64,000 bases of DNA from Laetmonice hystrix (taxonomy: Eukaryota). The notes under the pieces are model-generated. The model saw nothing but the letters and a program-made list of their open reading frames with translations, was not told the origin of the DNA and ran no database searches. Of the stretch, positions 40,243-52,140 are shown one piece after another. How positions within the stretch are numbered: position 1 is the first letter of the stretch; each line of letters starts with the position of its first letter. The DNA is taken from contig OZ249453.1 of assembly GCA_965235115.1 (NCBI GenBank), positions 15,686,001 through 15,750,000 on the forward strand. Reading direction: 5' to 3'. Position numbers and translations under genes: made by a program.

Positions 40243-41014
40243 CACGTTGACTGCCATGCCCAGATTGGGACGAATCTTCCCATTTGCCAAACCAGGGTCA
40301 CGTGTGATTTATAATTATAAATTACTAAACTATTTATCTATTGGACACTGAACACTCGTTTTCTATTTTGAAGGTAGAAAAGCACTACAGAAGTATACTC
40401 GTAGTTGGCACCACAAGAGAGTCTGTTCTTTGGATATGCCAGCTACGAGTCATAGTGTGGCAGAACTTTTCTTACAAGAGAATTAATTACCTAGACCATG
40501 AACTTATACTTACCTTAGAAAAGATGTTTGAAACCATTAGAATAAGCCTGCCGTTGTTGTAGGCCGAACATGCTTAGGCCTACTATTGCTTTTGAACGTG
40601 TTAAAATTTTTAATGTTTTATTGGCAAAAGCGAAGTGAGAAGAACTCTAAAATCATATGGTTATGATTTGAAAAGTTCTGTTGTAAAACTTATTAATGTT
40701 TTACAAATTTTATGTTTTCAGCATCGAAAATAGTAAAGTGAGAAGGAACCCTAAAATTGTCATAGGGTGACATATATTGTCATATTGTCATATGTGAAAA
40801 GTTCTGAATTAAAATTTATTAAAATATAAAAGTATGCAAATCTTTATGAGTGGGCTCTATAGTGTTGCCACTGAAAACCTAAAAGGAGTTTCATCAGTTG
40901 CCAGTGTACTTAAGGGGAGACTGAAATCAGTTGGTTTCACTACGACTATACTCGTAGTGGCAATACACAGTACACTTAGTACAACGAGTATACTCGTAGT
41001 CGGCAGTCAACGTG
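40243..41014. mobile_element. piggyBac-type MITE, 772 bp
   Basis: Perfect 13-bp TIRs CACGTTGACTGCC / GGCAGTCAACGTG, TTAA on both sides (40239-40242, 41015-41018), subterminal palindromic gagtatactcgtag motifs, AT-rich interior with an internal duplication. Confidence 0.9.
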
Positions 41015-41598
41015 TTAAATGATACTGCACTATGACCACTGATCACAGGAGGTCCATGGGTGGTGAATGTGCACGGATCAGTCTTTGAGAAGGTTTGGAA
41101 TCAGTTGACAGCTAAAGTTTCAATCACTGTCCAACAACTTTGTGTTCAGGTGGGATGCTGCTCTGGGAGGTTGAGATGGGGATGTAGATACCCTCCAAGG
41201 AAGGATGAGAGCCCCCCCCCCCCCCCACTCCTCCTCCCCAATCCCTCCAACAGACGCCGGGGGTTAGATGTGGTCTGTGATCCCATTGGTCCGACTGAAT
41301 TGACACAGTGCCTGGGACCACGTGGAGGGGCCGGCTGCTGGCTCACAGCCGTCAGGGCCCGGACCATGACAAAGGCTCGAGAGACAATGCTGAAGGTCCA
41401 CGCCGAATGGTAGCAACCCAAAGGTAGGTCGGATCCAAAGTGCTGTGACCGATTTAGAAACTTGTAGCAAAGTTAGACGAGTTTGGCGGCAGGTTTGGCT
41501 GAGTAAGGGAGCAGTGACAGTAGTGTAGCTTGGTTAGTTCAGTGTATAATAACGTCCCTAGGTTGCATTGAGTGACGTTTCTCAGACATGACGAGCTT

Positions 41599-42060
41599 GT
41601 TGCTATGGTAATAGAGTTAGGGAAACATTGGTAATGGCAAGTAGTGCCACGTGGCTGATGTAATGTTATAAGGTCGGCGGTGCCTGACCGTTCCCCTGCC
41701 CGGCGCTGACTGACGGCCGGCCGGGGTAAGGCTGGACGGACGTCCATTCACAGGGCCGGGGGACAGGACCAGACGGGGAGGGGGTACAGCGGCAGGGTTA
41801 CCACCGGGGCTCGGGGCAATCGTCAGCCGGTAAAAGTGAATAGAGTCGGCGGAGAGTGGCGTGGGGCTCCACGTGGGTGAGTGCGGTCTGGATGGTAGGA
41901 GCGAACGGAGCGGAGTGATAGTGGCGCCCCCTGGACCGGCGCGGAGGAGTCGCTGCTGCTGCTGCTGCTGCTGCTGCTTGATACTCCAGCCACTGCGAGG
42001 CGAACGGAGCCGCACAGGGGAGCACAGCCAAATAGCGTCAGGTGTTCCGACCCACCCACC
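41599..42060 (+). promoter_or_regulatory. GC/CpG-rich candidate internal promoter and 5' UTR
   Basis: Abrupt GC/CpG enrichment, X-box-like GTTGCTATGGTAAT (41599), CTCF-like GGTCCAGGGGGCGCC on minus (41923-41937), (GCT)n tract typical of 5' UTRs, Inr-like TCAGT at 42074 just downstream. Confidence 0.4.
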
Positions 42061-42137
42061 TCACCACAACCACTCAGTGCCATCGGACAGGGTGCTTTGA
42101 TACCAGAGGGGTGACCATCCGACACAGTGGACGCATC

Positions 42138-42196
42138 ATGTCAATACAAGCCTCCAATCTATACCATGACACTGACTGCGGGCTGGTCCAGTCAAG
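42138..42196 (+). CDS. Candidate alternative first coding exon (MSIQASNLYHDTDCGLVQS) for a PR-less isoform
   Basis: ATG with A at -3, upstream in-frame stop at 42033, donor AAG|gtaacc in phase 2 (same phase and same AG as the exon ending at 35022). Lies downstream of a GC/CpG-rich island. No homology support. Confidence 0.4.
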
Positions 42197-44948
42197 GTAA
42201 CCGTCATGCTGAACACTAACCACCAACTTCATCGCCAACACTACCCGATCCTCATCTTACGGAGGTGATGATCTCACACATGTAATCTCTCAGGGGATTG
42301 GTCAGTCGATTCTTCCGAAACACACCCAACAGAAAACAAGAAATCGGTGGACTCTACCTATAGAAAGATTCCAACCTCTTGTTTTGTTGCGCTGAAAAGA
42401 TTCCGATGATTTAGTGATTGGGTGTGTATACGTACGCTACAGAAGGAAGGTTCACGGGTAGCAACAGTACAAATGGAATCTCATGTCGCCTGACATCAAC
42501 ATCGTCGTCGGACGTGGGGGAAATCCCATTCTTCACCCAGCCTCCTCCTCCTGTCGTGCTGGTGCTACCCCGCCAAGTTGAACACCGACAATTCACTGAA
42601 GCAGACGACCTATAGACTAGCACGGGTCCTGACGTGAGCCCACCCCAGACTGGCTAGGATTTGTCTCCCCTCAATATCTGCTCCGGTATTTTAATTTCTC
42701 GTGGGAAGTTGAGGATCTACTGCTGTTGTTATATTACTGTGGTCAGCAGAGAATGCAGGCCACAGACTGACCAGCTGTGAATGAAGACCAAGGTAAGAAA
42801 CGTTTTCTTCGCGCTGACGTTTGGTTACGATATTTCAGTGGTCAGTCAAACACCGTCGGTCAGCCGCTAGTGGCGAGCTAGACCGTTCCGACCGGCCTTG
42901 TAATAAATAGCCTGGCGTCGGAAACTCTTATTGTCCGCACATTATCATATCAAACGGCAGGTGTTGAAATCCAGGCTCGGTATTTACAGTATTGGCGGGG
43001 TGGCGGGGGGGGGGGGGGTAATATATTTGTATCGATAGTTTATTTCTCCTAGCAGCGAGATCCACGGAAATTTGATCGAACGAATTGGTTTGACTCATTG
43101 ATTGACTTCCAAACTCGCCAATCTACGGTAGTTCAATGCTGTATCTTCTGGAGTTTGTTTGTTTACATAAATATTTAACACTTAGTGGAAGTACCGGTTG
43201 ATTTATCAAGAACAGCTGATAATAGAGGATGCTGAAAGGGATGTTTTCTCTTTACAAAAATGTACAACGTCAAAACTGTCAGCTATAGGAACCGTGACTG
43301 TCAGCATTAGGTTCTGTGACTGAATCAAGTCATTGTGACTGATGCGTCCAAGAATTGTGACTGATGCGTCAAGAATTGTGACCGGTGTGTCAAGACTCGT
43401 GCCGGAGCGCTTGGTCTGTGAGTGTGGGAAGTTTGAATCAGATCAGCATTCCGTTATCCCAACGTCTAGGGTCCGGGAAAAATAAAACACCCCTCATTAT
43501 AACCCCTTTCTGAGGGTTTTCGCAGTAGGCGAGCAGTTCCCTTGGAAGTGGTGGACCGCCCAAGTCGTGAGGACCCTCAGCGGTGGAGGGGGGAGGGGGG
43601 GGGGGGGCATGGGGCGCAGAGCCCCAACGTGAGGACACGGTTTGACATCACTCGGCATAAAAAAAAAGTTTCCTTTTTTTGTGGCCAGTTCCCGTAAGCA
43701 CCATCGAAATTCCCATGAGCTTGTCAGCAATTTGAATAATTACCACTAATGAATTATTGTCATTCGTCACAATGTGGACCGACATGTTAATTAGTTTGAT
43801 GTAAATGCCAATAAGGAGGGCTGTGGTCTCACCACATGAGATCACACCAGGCGCCATTTGACAGCAGGCACAGCAAATAATTGTGTTATTTTTTTAAGGA
43901 CATTGAACGTAAGGATTCGGTTAATTCAATGTAAATGTTTACATTTACTGTGATAACGGGGCCGAGGTTGGGTATCGTTTTACTCGGCTAACAACTCGAC
44001 TAACAGTTCCGTTTGTTGTGTGGTTACTGAGACCGGGGTTTGATTTAGTACCAAGGACTGGTACAAGCAGGTTTGGGTTGTTGCATGCAGTCATGGGTAT
44101 TAGTATTTATAGCTGTTCACTTACAGTGCTTTATGTAGGAGGCTTTGTGAAAGGAGGGCGGGGACTGGGGTAGTGTGTGACCGCTGGGGTAGTGTGTGAC
44201 CACTGGGGTTAGGAGTGTGACCGCCGAGGTTTGTGTGTAACATTGATTGTGTTAGGATCTACAATTGGTAGTGGTGATGGTGGTGGGGGGCAGGACTCTT
44301 GACTTCTGCAACCCCCCCCCCCTTCCTTGCCTACCCCCCCCCCCTCCACCCCTATACATGTGTCCCTCGTTACCGGCCCCGCTGATGTCGCTCAGACGAC
44401 CCGGCCAGCAGACTGACAGGGAGCAGCCAAAGTTTGAAACGATTTGGTGAAGACTGCGTCAACAATGACAGCAAATGAAAACAAGGTCGAGCTGGTCGTC
44501 AAACTCTTTGCTCGATTAACGGGAGTGACATTATGGATAAATACAAAATGTTGACCGGAAACGGGACTTTGATTTATTTTTCAATTGATTCCCTCCTCCT
44601 CGCGGCAGGTGTTGCTGGTAATGCCGTATTGTTTCCTTTTAATACAGAAAATGTGCTGAAAACTAAAATCAAAACAGTTGCGCATGTGGACTACTAAAGT
44701 GAAAAAAAGAAGAAAGTAAGCTCTAGCTATTTATGGAATGAAGATGACATGCTGGTTCGTGCTCTGATATTGAAAGAACAAACTCATGATATATCTATAC
44801 AAAGTTTGATAGGTTTGATACAGGATATGTCATCGATCTAATATCCCATGTTGAGTTGTAATAGTATTCGTACAACTGTATACACACAGAAACAGACAGG
44901 GAGGGCTGAGATTGTATATCATGAGAGATCATCTTATTAATTATACTG

Positions 44949-44990
44949 AGATTGGTAAAGATTGGTAAAGATTGGTAGGTAGTGACGTCA
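44949..44990 (+). promoter_or_regulatory. Three tandem reverse CCAAT boxes (GATTGGTAAA x3, 10-bp period) followed by a perfect CRE TGACGTCA
   Basis: Directly visible: gagattggtaaagattggtaaagattggtaggtagtgacgtca. Confidence 0.35.
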
Positions 44991-45048
44991 CGACCAGAAT
45001 CCACCTCCGCTTCCTCTCATGTTCTTTCCTGTTTCTACACCACATCGG

Positions 45049-45120
45049 TCTCCTCCTCCTTCCTCCCCTCCTCCTCCTCCTCCTCCTCCTCCTCCTCCTC
45101 CTCCTCCTCCTCCTCCTCCA
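45049..45120. repeat. (CCT)n microsatellite
   Basis: Directly visible. Confidence 0.95.
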
Positions 45121-45397
45121 GACCATATCAGGAGGTTGGCCACCACACAGCCAGGGTACACACAGTATACATAGCCCGCCGACCGCACCCTGACCTTAGT
45201 GACTGTCCGTGCATGCACGTCGCCCTGATCGCCGATCGATACGGTTCCAGCGATGCGTTACGTCGCGCGGCATGTCGGTCCGGCCCAGCGAGCCGTGACG
45301 GCCGACTGAGCGGGTTGATGGAGGTCTGTCGGAGCTTCACCGCCGCCCCGCATCCGTGACACGCGAACCGTCTGCCTGCTACCTGTCCAGGTGGGCC

Positions 45398-45450
45398 ATG
45401 GACCGCGACCATCCTAACCCACCCAGTACTACCCCCTGGACACACACTCC
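45398..45450 (+). CDS. Second, weaker candidate alternative start exon (MDRDHPNPPSTTPWTHT)
   Basis: Strong Kozak context gccATGg, phase-2 donor CC|gtaaca (weak exonic context), preceded by an acceptor-like cctgtccag at 45390 and by a CCAAT x3 + CRE cluster 400 bp upstream. Confidence 0.2.
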
Positions 45451-45639
45451 GTAACAATCAACAGATTCAGACAGCAGCATCCTGAGTGGAGATAATATTG
45501 ATGATTGAACGGGCTAGCGTAATCGGACTTTGTCGTGCTCATCCCAGCTTTGGGAGATGATTAATTAAGATTAATTACGAGTAATTAAGAACGTCTTTGG
45601 CGTGGAAAACAAAGGATGTGTTGGGAGCGTTTGGTATAA

Positions 45640-46835
45640 CCCAGACAGCATGGCCACCTGGGCCCCATATGGGTTTTGGCCAGACATGATGGGCTTGTCT
45701 GGGCTAGGGCTACAGGTGGGCATTCTCAATGGGCCCCACTTGGGCATAGCCCAGTAATTCCCCCCTTTGCAAGTTCTAAGTGGGCTTGAGGTGGGTTGCG
45801 TGTGGGCACAGCCCAGTACCTCCCTTCTGAGTGGGATTTAGTGGGTTGTGTGTGGGCTCACGGGTTAGTTCCCCGATTCCCGCTTGGGGCCTAGATGGGC
45901 CCATAGTGGGTCATCTATTTAAGACCCTCTGAGGGCCCAGATGGGGCCTTACTGGGTTAGCCCAGTTGGGGCCCAGTTGGCGCCCATAGTGGGTCATCTA
46001 TTTGGGACCCTCTGAGGGCCCAAATGGGGCCTTGCTGGGTTAGCCCAGTTGGGGCCCAGTTGGGACCACAGCAGGCGCTAGGTGGCGCTGTTATCAGTGA
46101 GATTGACTAGACTGTCCGAAACACAGTCTACGTGAACTTCTAACGACTTCAAGTAATTCGCACGTTATACAAGAACAGCTATTCATTGTGTAAAATTACG
46201 CTTTATTTTTTCGTTGATTGTGAAAAAACAAGATAGGGACGTAGAGATGATATTTTGATTTTTTAACAACCGAATATAGAAAACACCAATTTGAATTTAC
46301 GACGGTAAACATCAATAGGGAGGACGGGGGTATGGGTGTTAAGCGTCAGTGCTTAACTGGCACAGGGGATACCTAGCGTGCCCACGCAATGGTTCTGCCT
46401 AAGCCAGGATTTTACTAGAGTGCCCCTGTGGGAATCCAGGAAGGTGGTGCGACAACGTCGTTTCAAAACGTTTTAGCAACCTTTCTGGGAGTCTACAAAG
46501 TTACGTTGCCACAACGTAATTTCGAAACGTTGCTATTAGCTAAACTGAAACCTTGTGAAAACGTATAGGCCTAGTTACAATGTATTGTTATTTGGGTGGG
46601 ACCCTCTCAGGGCCCAGATGGGGCCTTACTCTGTAAGCCCAGTTGGCACCCATAGTAGGTCATCTATTTGGGACCCTCTCAGGGCCCAGATGGGGCCTTA
46701 CTGGGTTGGCCCAGTTGGGGCCCAGTTGGCGCCCGCGGACAAATTTAGCGGGGCCCCAGCTGGGTAGCCCATTTGGGGCCCAGTTGGTCGTCGTCCTGGG
46801 GCCCAGTTGGGACCCAGCTGGGAATGTTGTCTGGG
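45640..46835. mobile_element. CCC-terminus EnSpm/CMC-type MITE, 1,196 bp
   Basis: TIRs CCCAGACAGCA / TGTTGTCTGGG (10/11 match), 2-bp AA duplication (45638-45639, 46836-46837), about 82-bp TGGGC/GCCCA-rich modules repeated near both ends around a roughly 530-bp unique core. Confidence 0.8.
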
Positions 46836-48874
46836 AAGTGACCAGTGGGCTCGAGGGGTCAAGGCCAGGCTGCTGACCCCTGACCCTCAATGTCCTGTAG
46901 AGAACCGGTTCAGTCATAGCGACAATTTCCTCATTCATTCTAATAATTCCTCATACAAAGCAGAAACGAAAACAAACAAAAAAACAAACAAAAAACTATG
47001 GTGGATGGAAAGAAAATCCTGAATTTTATACTGGCCTAAATGATGTTCAGTATAATCTTGTTTGCCCATGATTGACAAAAATATATAAATTATATGTCAA
47101 TATTGTCAACCTTAAATAATAAGGTTAGGGTTCAGTGGGAATAATTTGGGCTAATACACCGAAATCGCGACCATAGGTCTGCATGGCCAGCTTGTTTGTG
47201 GCTCCATGTGTATATGTAGACTATATGTGTAGGCCTACAGATAGTTGTAGGCCTACACATTCTATACTGTATTGGTCTATACACATGTAGAGTGGGTGGT
47301 TTAGCATCCAGTCGGGGCCAGTAGACGGACAGTAGAGACACCTGGTGGCGGTGTTTGGCAGGCAGGTGGCCGGTGACTGCCCACCGTGCACACAGCGGTA
47401 CGCAGGGTTAGATTGTGGTGTTGTGTTGTCCGAGTATTATGTAACTAACCTGTCGCGATGATTTACGGAAACTATACTCTCAGCTGGGATCGGATCTCCA
47501 GGATGCTGACGATTATTCCAGTAGACGGGCGTCGATTGAGAGTCACCGAATCCCAGCTGGTGGTGTCGGAAGTCGGCGGGGACCGTCGCTGCGAGAGCGG
47601 GAGGCCGGGGTTGGGTGGGGACCGGGGGCGCCGTGCCCCGCCCCGACGGCCGGGCCGGGCGGGGACGGCCGGGCGGGGACGGCCGGGCCGGGCGGGGACG
47701 GCAGGGCCGGGCGTGGGCGCGCCCTCCGTCCGTCGGCCGGTCCATGCTCACGGCCCGGGCAGGGGCAGGGATAGACAGCTCCGATTGCTGCTGCCCTCCT
47801 GGCATTGTTCCAGTAAGAAACGAGATCGGTTCACAATATCGCACCCAGTCAAGCCACACCTACAGGGGCGCCTCGCCGCCAGACCGTATGTTGGCATGCC
47901 GCTGAGAGCGATATATTCTATAGTTCCTGGTCGTTGTATCATTCATGAGGGAGTGAGGGAGATTCCAACTCTCTCCTAAAACAACTCGTCCGTATACACA
48001 CCACCCCCGACACCGTCATAGAAGGATGACTCAGGATCGTCGACCAGATTTAGCTCTGTGTACAAATCATCCTGATTGAGGACCTTTACAGATATACGTG
48101 TTTCACCCCCTCCCCCTCCCACTTTACGTGTGAAATTATTGTGAGGTATTGTCGAGGCCTGGCAGGAGGGTTGAGATGACAATACATGGGGTTGAATCAT
48201 GCAGGCTTTAAAGAAACGCATACGCCTATAAAAAAAAGTAGAGGGTAAATTAAAATTACAAATTGTGACCACATGGATTTCATTCCGAAGAACAACCTTT
48301 GGCGAAGTTTGGTGGTGCAGCTTTTAGAGTCGGAGGGGGGGGGGGGCAGGGGTGTCCGGGGGTAGAGAGGGGGGTGTCCAGTGAAGGTGGTGGCCGTATG
48401 CAACCATAAAATCAGTGTAGGGATAAAGCAAGTGACACTTCTCCTAATTGCCTCCCGTCATTTGACGAACTTTCCCACGTGGCGGAGAGATCAGTCGTCC
48501 GTCTGACATGCATGGATGTGACGGACAGGCAGACAGTCGGCCGTACGGCCGGGTGAATGGACGGACGGATGAGAAGGGAGGGTAGTCCCGAGACAGGATT
48601 CGTAAGAAAGAGAAACGCTACACCTCACACGGCCTGCCCATTTCCACATGTTATTTGCATTCACGTTATGTGTGCGTGATTGCTTGGAGACTTCCTATAT
48701 CTGTGTAGGTGTCAGTGTTGGGGTGGTGTTGGGGTGGTAGGACAGTCGGTGTGGTGTGGTGTGGGACTTTCATGGGAACTGTTTATAAAAGAGGAAGATG
48801 AGAAAGCGGCAGATGTTGGTGGAATCATTCCACTTATTTCCCCCCGTACGGGGTACTGTGTCCGGGGTGGGGGG

Positions 48875-49019
48875 TTCGGTGTGCAGGCGTGGCCTGCAAC
48901 AGGATGTATGTTTGGTGTGCAGGCGTGGCCTGCAACAGGATGTATGTTTGGTGTGCAGGCGCGGCCTGCAACAGGATGTATGTTCGGTGTGCAGGCGTGG
49001 CCTGCAACAGGATGTATGT
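48875..49019. repeat. 36-bp repeat ggtgtgcaggcgtggcctgcaacaggatgtatgttt x4
   Basis: Directly visible; internal hairpin tgcagg/cctgca. Confidence 0.95.
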
Positions 49020-49087
49020 CCATATTGTTACCGTCAAGTTATTTACCAACCGATCTGCACGGGTTCTTCTCAACAGAGGATGCCGCT

Positions 49088-49450
49088 GCCCCACAGTCCG
49101 GCCAGCCCCACAGACCGGCCAGCCCCACAGTCCGGCCAGCCCCACAGACCGGCCAGCCCCACAGACCGGCCAGCCCCACAGACCGGCCAGCCCCACAGTC
49201 CGGGCAGCCCCACAGACCGGCCAGCCCCACAGTCCGGCCAGCCCCACAGACCGTGCAGAGCTCGACCAGCCCCACAGACCCCGCACCCACAGACCGGCCA
49301 GCCCCACAGACCCCGCACCCACAGACCGGCCAGCCCCACAGTCCGGGCAGCCCCACAGACCGGCCAGCCCCACAGTCCGGCCAGCCCCACAGACCGTGCA
49401 GAGCTCGACCAGCCCCACAGACCGTGAACTCACAGACCGGCCAGCCCCAC
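49088..49450. repeat. 17-bp minisatellite ccccacagaccggccag with interspersed variants, about 21 units
   Basis: Directly visible. Confidence 0.95.
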
Positions 49451-49829
49451 ATACCCCGCACCCACAGCCCGACCCTTCCCCAGATCCTACACCCACAGTC
49501 CAGCCGGCCCCCGGCCCTGCCCTCCCTCGCCATGTCAACCCTCCCTACCACGTCCCACAATCCCCACCAACCAGGTTCTCCTATTCCCACCCTCCCGGCC
49601 TACAATTTCTCCTCTATACCCCCATTATACCCCCCACTTGTCAAATCATTTTAAAACTACCCAGTACCTCATCATCTGTCCCATGTCACCCCACCCTAAC
49701 CCTGACATAAAGTACCAGCGAAACAAGAGAAAGCGGCCGCCAACAAGAACTTAGAAGGTGTCCTGCTTTTTTCCCCTCCTGCCCATCTCTGCACTTGATG
49801 GAGAGAGTGGGTCGTCACAGCTGTACTTG

Positions 49830-50099
49830 AACTCCCGCCTGGAGAACTCCTCCCTCCCTCCTGGAGAACTCCTCCCTCCCGCCTGGAGAACTCCTCCCTC
49901 GATCCCGCCTGGAGAACTCCTCCCTCCCACCTGGAGAACTCCTCCCTCCCGCCTGGAGAACTCCTCCCTCCCGCCTGGAGAACTCCTCCCTCCCGCCTGG
50001 AGAACTCCTCCCTCCCGCCTGGAGAACTCCTCCCTCCCGCCTGGGGAACTCCTCCCTCCCGCCTGGAGAACTCCTCCCTCCCGCCTGGAGAACTCCTCC
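49830..50099. repeat. 22-bp minisatellite cctggagaactcctccctcccg, about 12 copies
   Basis: Directly visible. Confidence 0.96.
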
Positions 50100-50914
50100 G
50101 TGTGATGGGAGTTTCTCACTCTGGCAGACTTCTCCAGCAATGAACCCGCTTGTTTGAGACACGCCGGTGGGTTACCGCTAACAAGTGGTCGATTCGCCCC
50201 ACCCGACCACCCTCACCCCTACCCCCACCCCCACCCCCACCCTCACCCCCACCCCACCGAACACAATACCCCAAGTCCTCCCCAGCCCCATTGGAAGCGC
50301 GGTTGTTTTACCCCCAGCATCCTGATAGAGGGTACGACCTTTGACCTTGGTTGGGGTCGGGTTGGAAGCACTGCGCGGTCCGCTGTGTTTCTGACGGTTG
50401 TTATAGGGAGTGTGGTACGGAGGGGGGGTACGGAGGGGGGTACGGAGGGGGGTGATTGGGGTAACTGCATGTTGGAAGGTGACGTCCCGGTATATGTTAC
50501 ACTCTCGATCAACTCACCAACATATCGATGTACGGGATTACTTTTTTAAAGAGACACGGAACAAGAGTTTTAGAGAAGGAATTAACAGTTGGAAGTGAAA
50601 ACCCAATACTCATGAGGTAATCACTGAGTTCGATTAAAGGAGATTTCCTTTCTTTGCTTTATTGTTATTGTTTAGGATGACATTAATTTTTGGTACTAAA
50701 ATTATATGATTGCATACAAGCGTCAAGTGTTTCATTGATGAAATAACATTTCTTGTTATTAGACACAGTCTAATAAAACAATAACTTTGCGTGAATGTAT
50801 CAACTATATGTATATATAGTAAGATATAATATGTTATCAGTAGCGGACATAAACATTGAAGTTTTCTGGGATAATAGTGCAGGGTTGACTCTATGCTAGG
50901 CTGAGCTAGTAAAA

Positions 50915-52140
50915 GACTGACCCATCAATCGACTGACCCATCAATCGACTGACCCATCAATAGACTGACCCATCAATAGACTGACCCATCAATAGACGGA
51001 CCCATCAATGGACTGACCCATCAATGGACTGACCTATCAATGGACTGACCCATCAATGGACTGACCTATCAATAGACTGACCCGTCAGTAGACTGACCCA
51101 TCAATAGACTGACCCATCAATAGACTGACCCATCAATACACTCACCCATCAATACACTCACCCATCAATACACTCACCCATCAATAGACTGACCCATCAA
51201 TAGACTGACCCATCAATAGACTGACCCATCAATCGACTGACCCATCAATAGACTGACCCATCAATCGACTGACCCATCAATAGACTGACCCATCAATAGA
51301 CTGACCCATCAATAGACTGACCCATCAATCGACTGACCCATCAATAGACTGACCCATCAATCGACTGACCCATCAATAGACTGACCCATCAATACACTCA
51401 CCCATCAATACACTCACCCATCAATACACTCACCCATCAATAGACTGACCCATCAATAGACTGACCCATCAATAGACTGACCCATCAATCGACTGACCCA
51501 TCAATAGACTGACCCATCAATAGACTGACCCATCAATAGACGGACCCATCAATGGACTGACCCATCAATGGACTGACCTATCAATAGACTGACCCGTCAG
51601 TAGACTGACCCATCAATAAACTCACCCATCAATCGACTGACCCAGCAATCGACTGACCCATCAATAGACGGACCCATCAATAGACTGACCCATCAATAGA
51701 CGGACCCATCAATAGACGGACCCATCAATAGGCGGACCCATCAATAGACTGACCCATCAATAGACTGACCCATCAATCGACTGACCCATCAATGGACTGA
51801 CCCATCAATAGACTGACCCATCAGTAGACGGACCCATCAATGGACTGACCCATCAATGGACTGACCCATCAATAGACTGACCCATCAATCGACTGACCCA
51901 TCAATCGACTGACCCATCAATAGACTGACCCATCAATAAACTGACCCTGACCCATCAATAGACTGACCCATCAATAGACTGACCCATCAATAGACTGACC
52001 CATCAATAAACTGACCCTGACCCATCAATAAACTGACCCTGACCCATCAATAGACTGACCCATCAATAGACTGGCCCATCAATAGACTGACCCATTAGTA
52101 GACGGACCCACCTATGGTCTGAGTCTGACCCATCAGTAGA
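50915..52140. repeat. 16-bp minisatellite gactgacccatcaata, about 75 copies
   Basis: Directly visible. Confidence 0.98.

Noticed and set aside
16983-49705. taaccc/gggtta words (16985, 47125, 49695)
   Set aside because: One or two copies only; not telomeric arrays, and insufficient to call Helentron ends.
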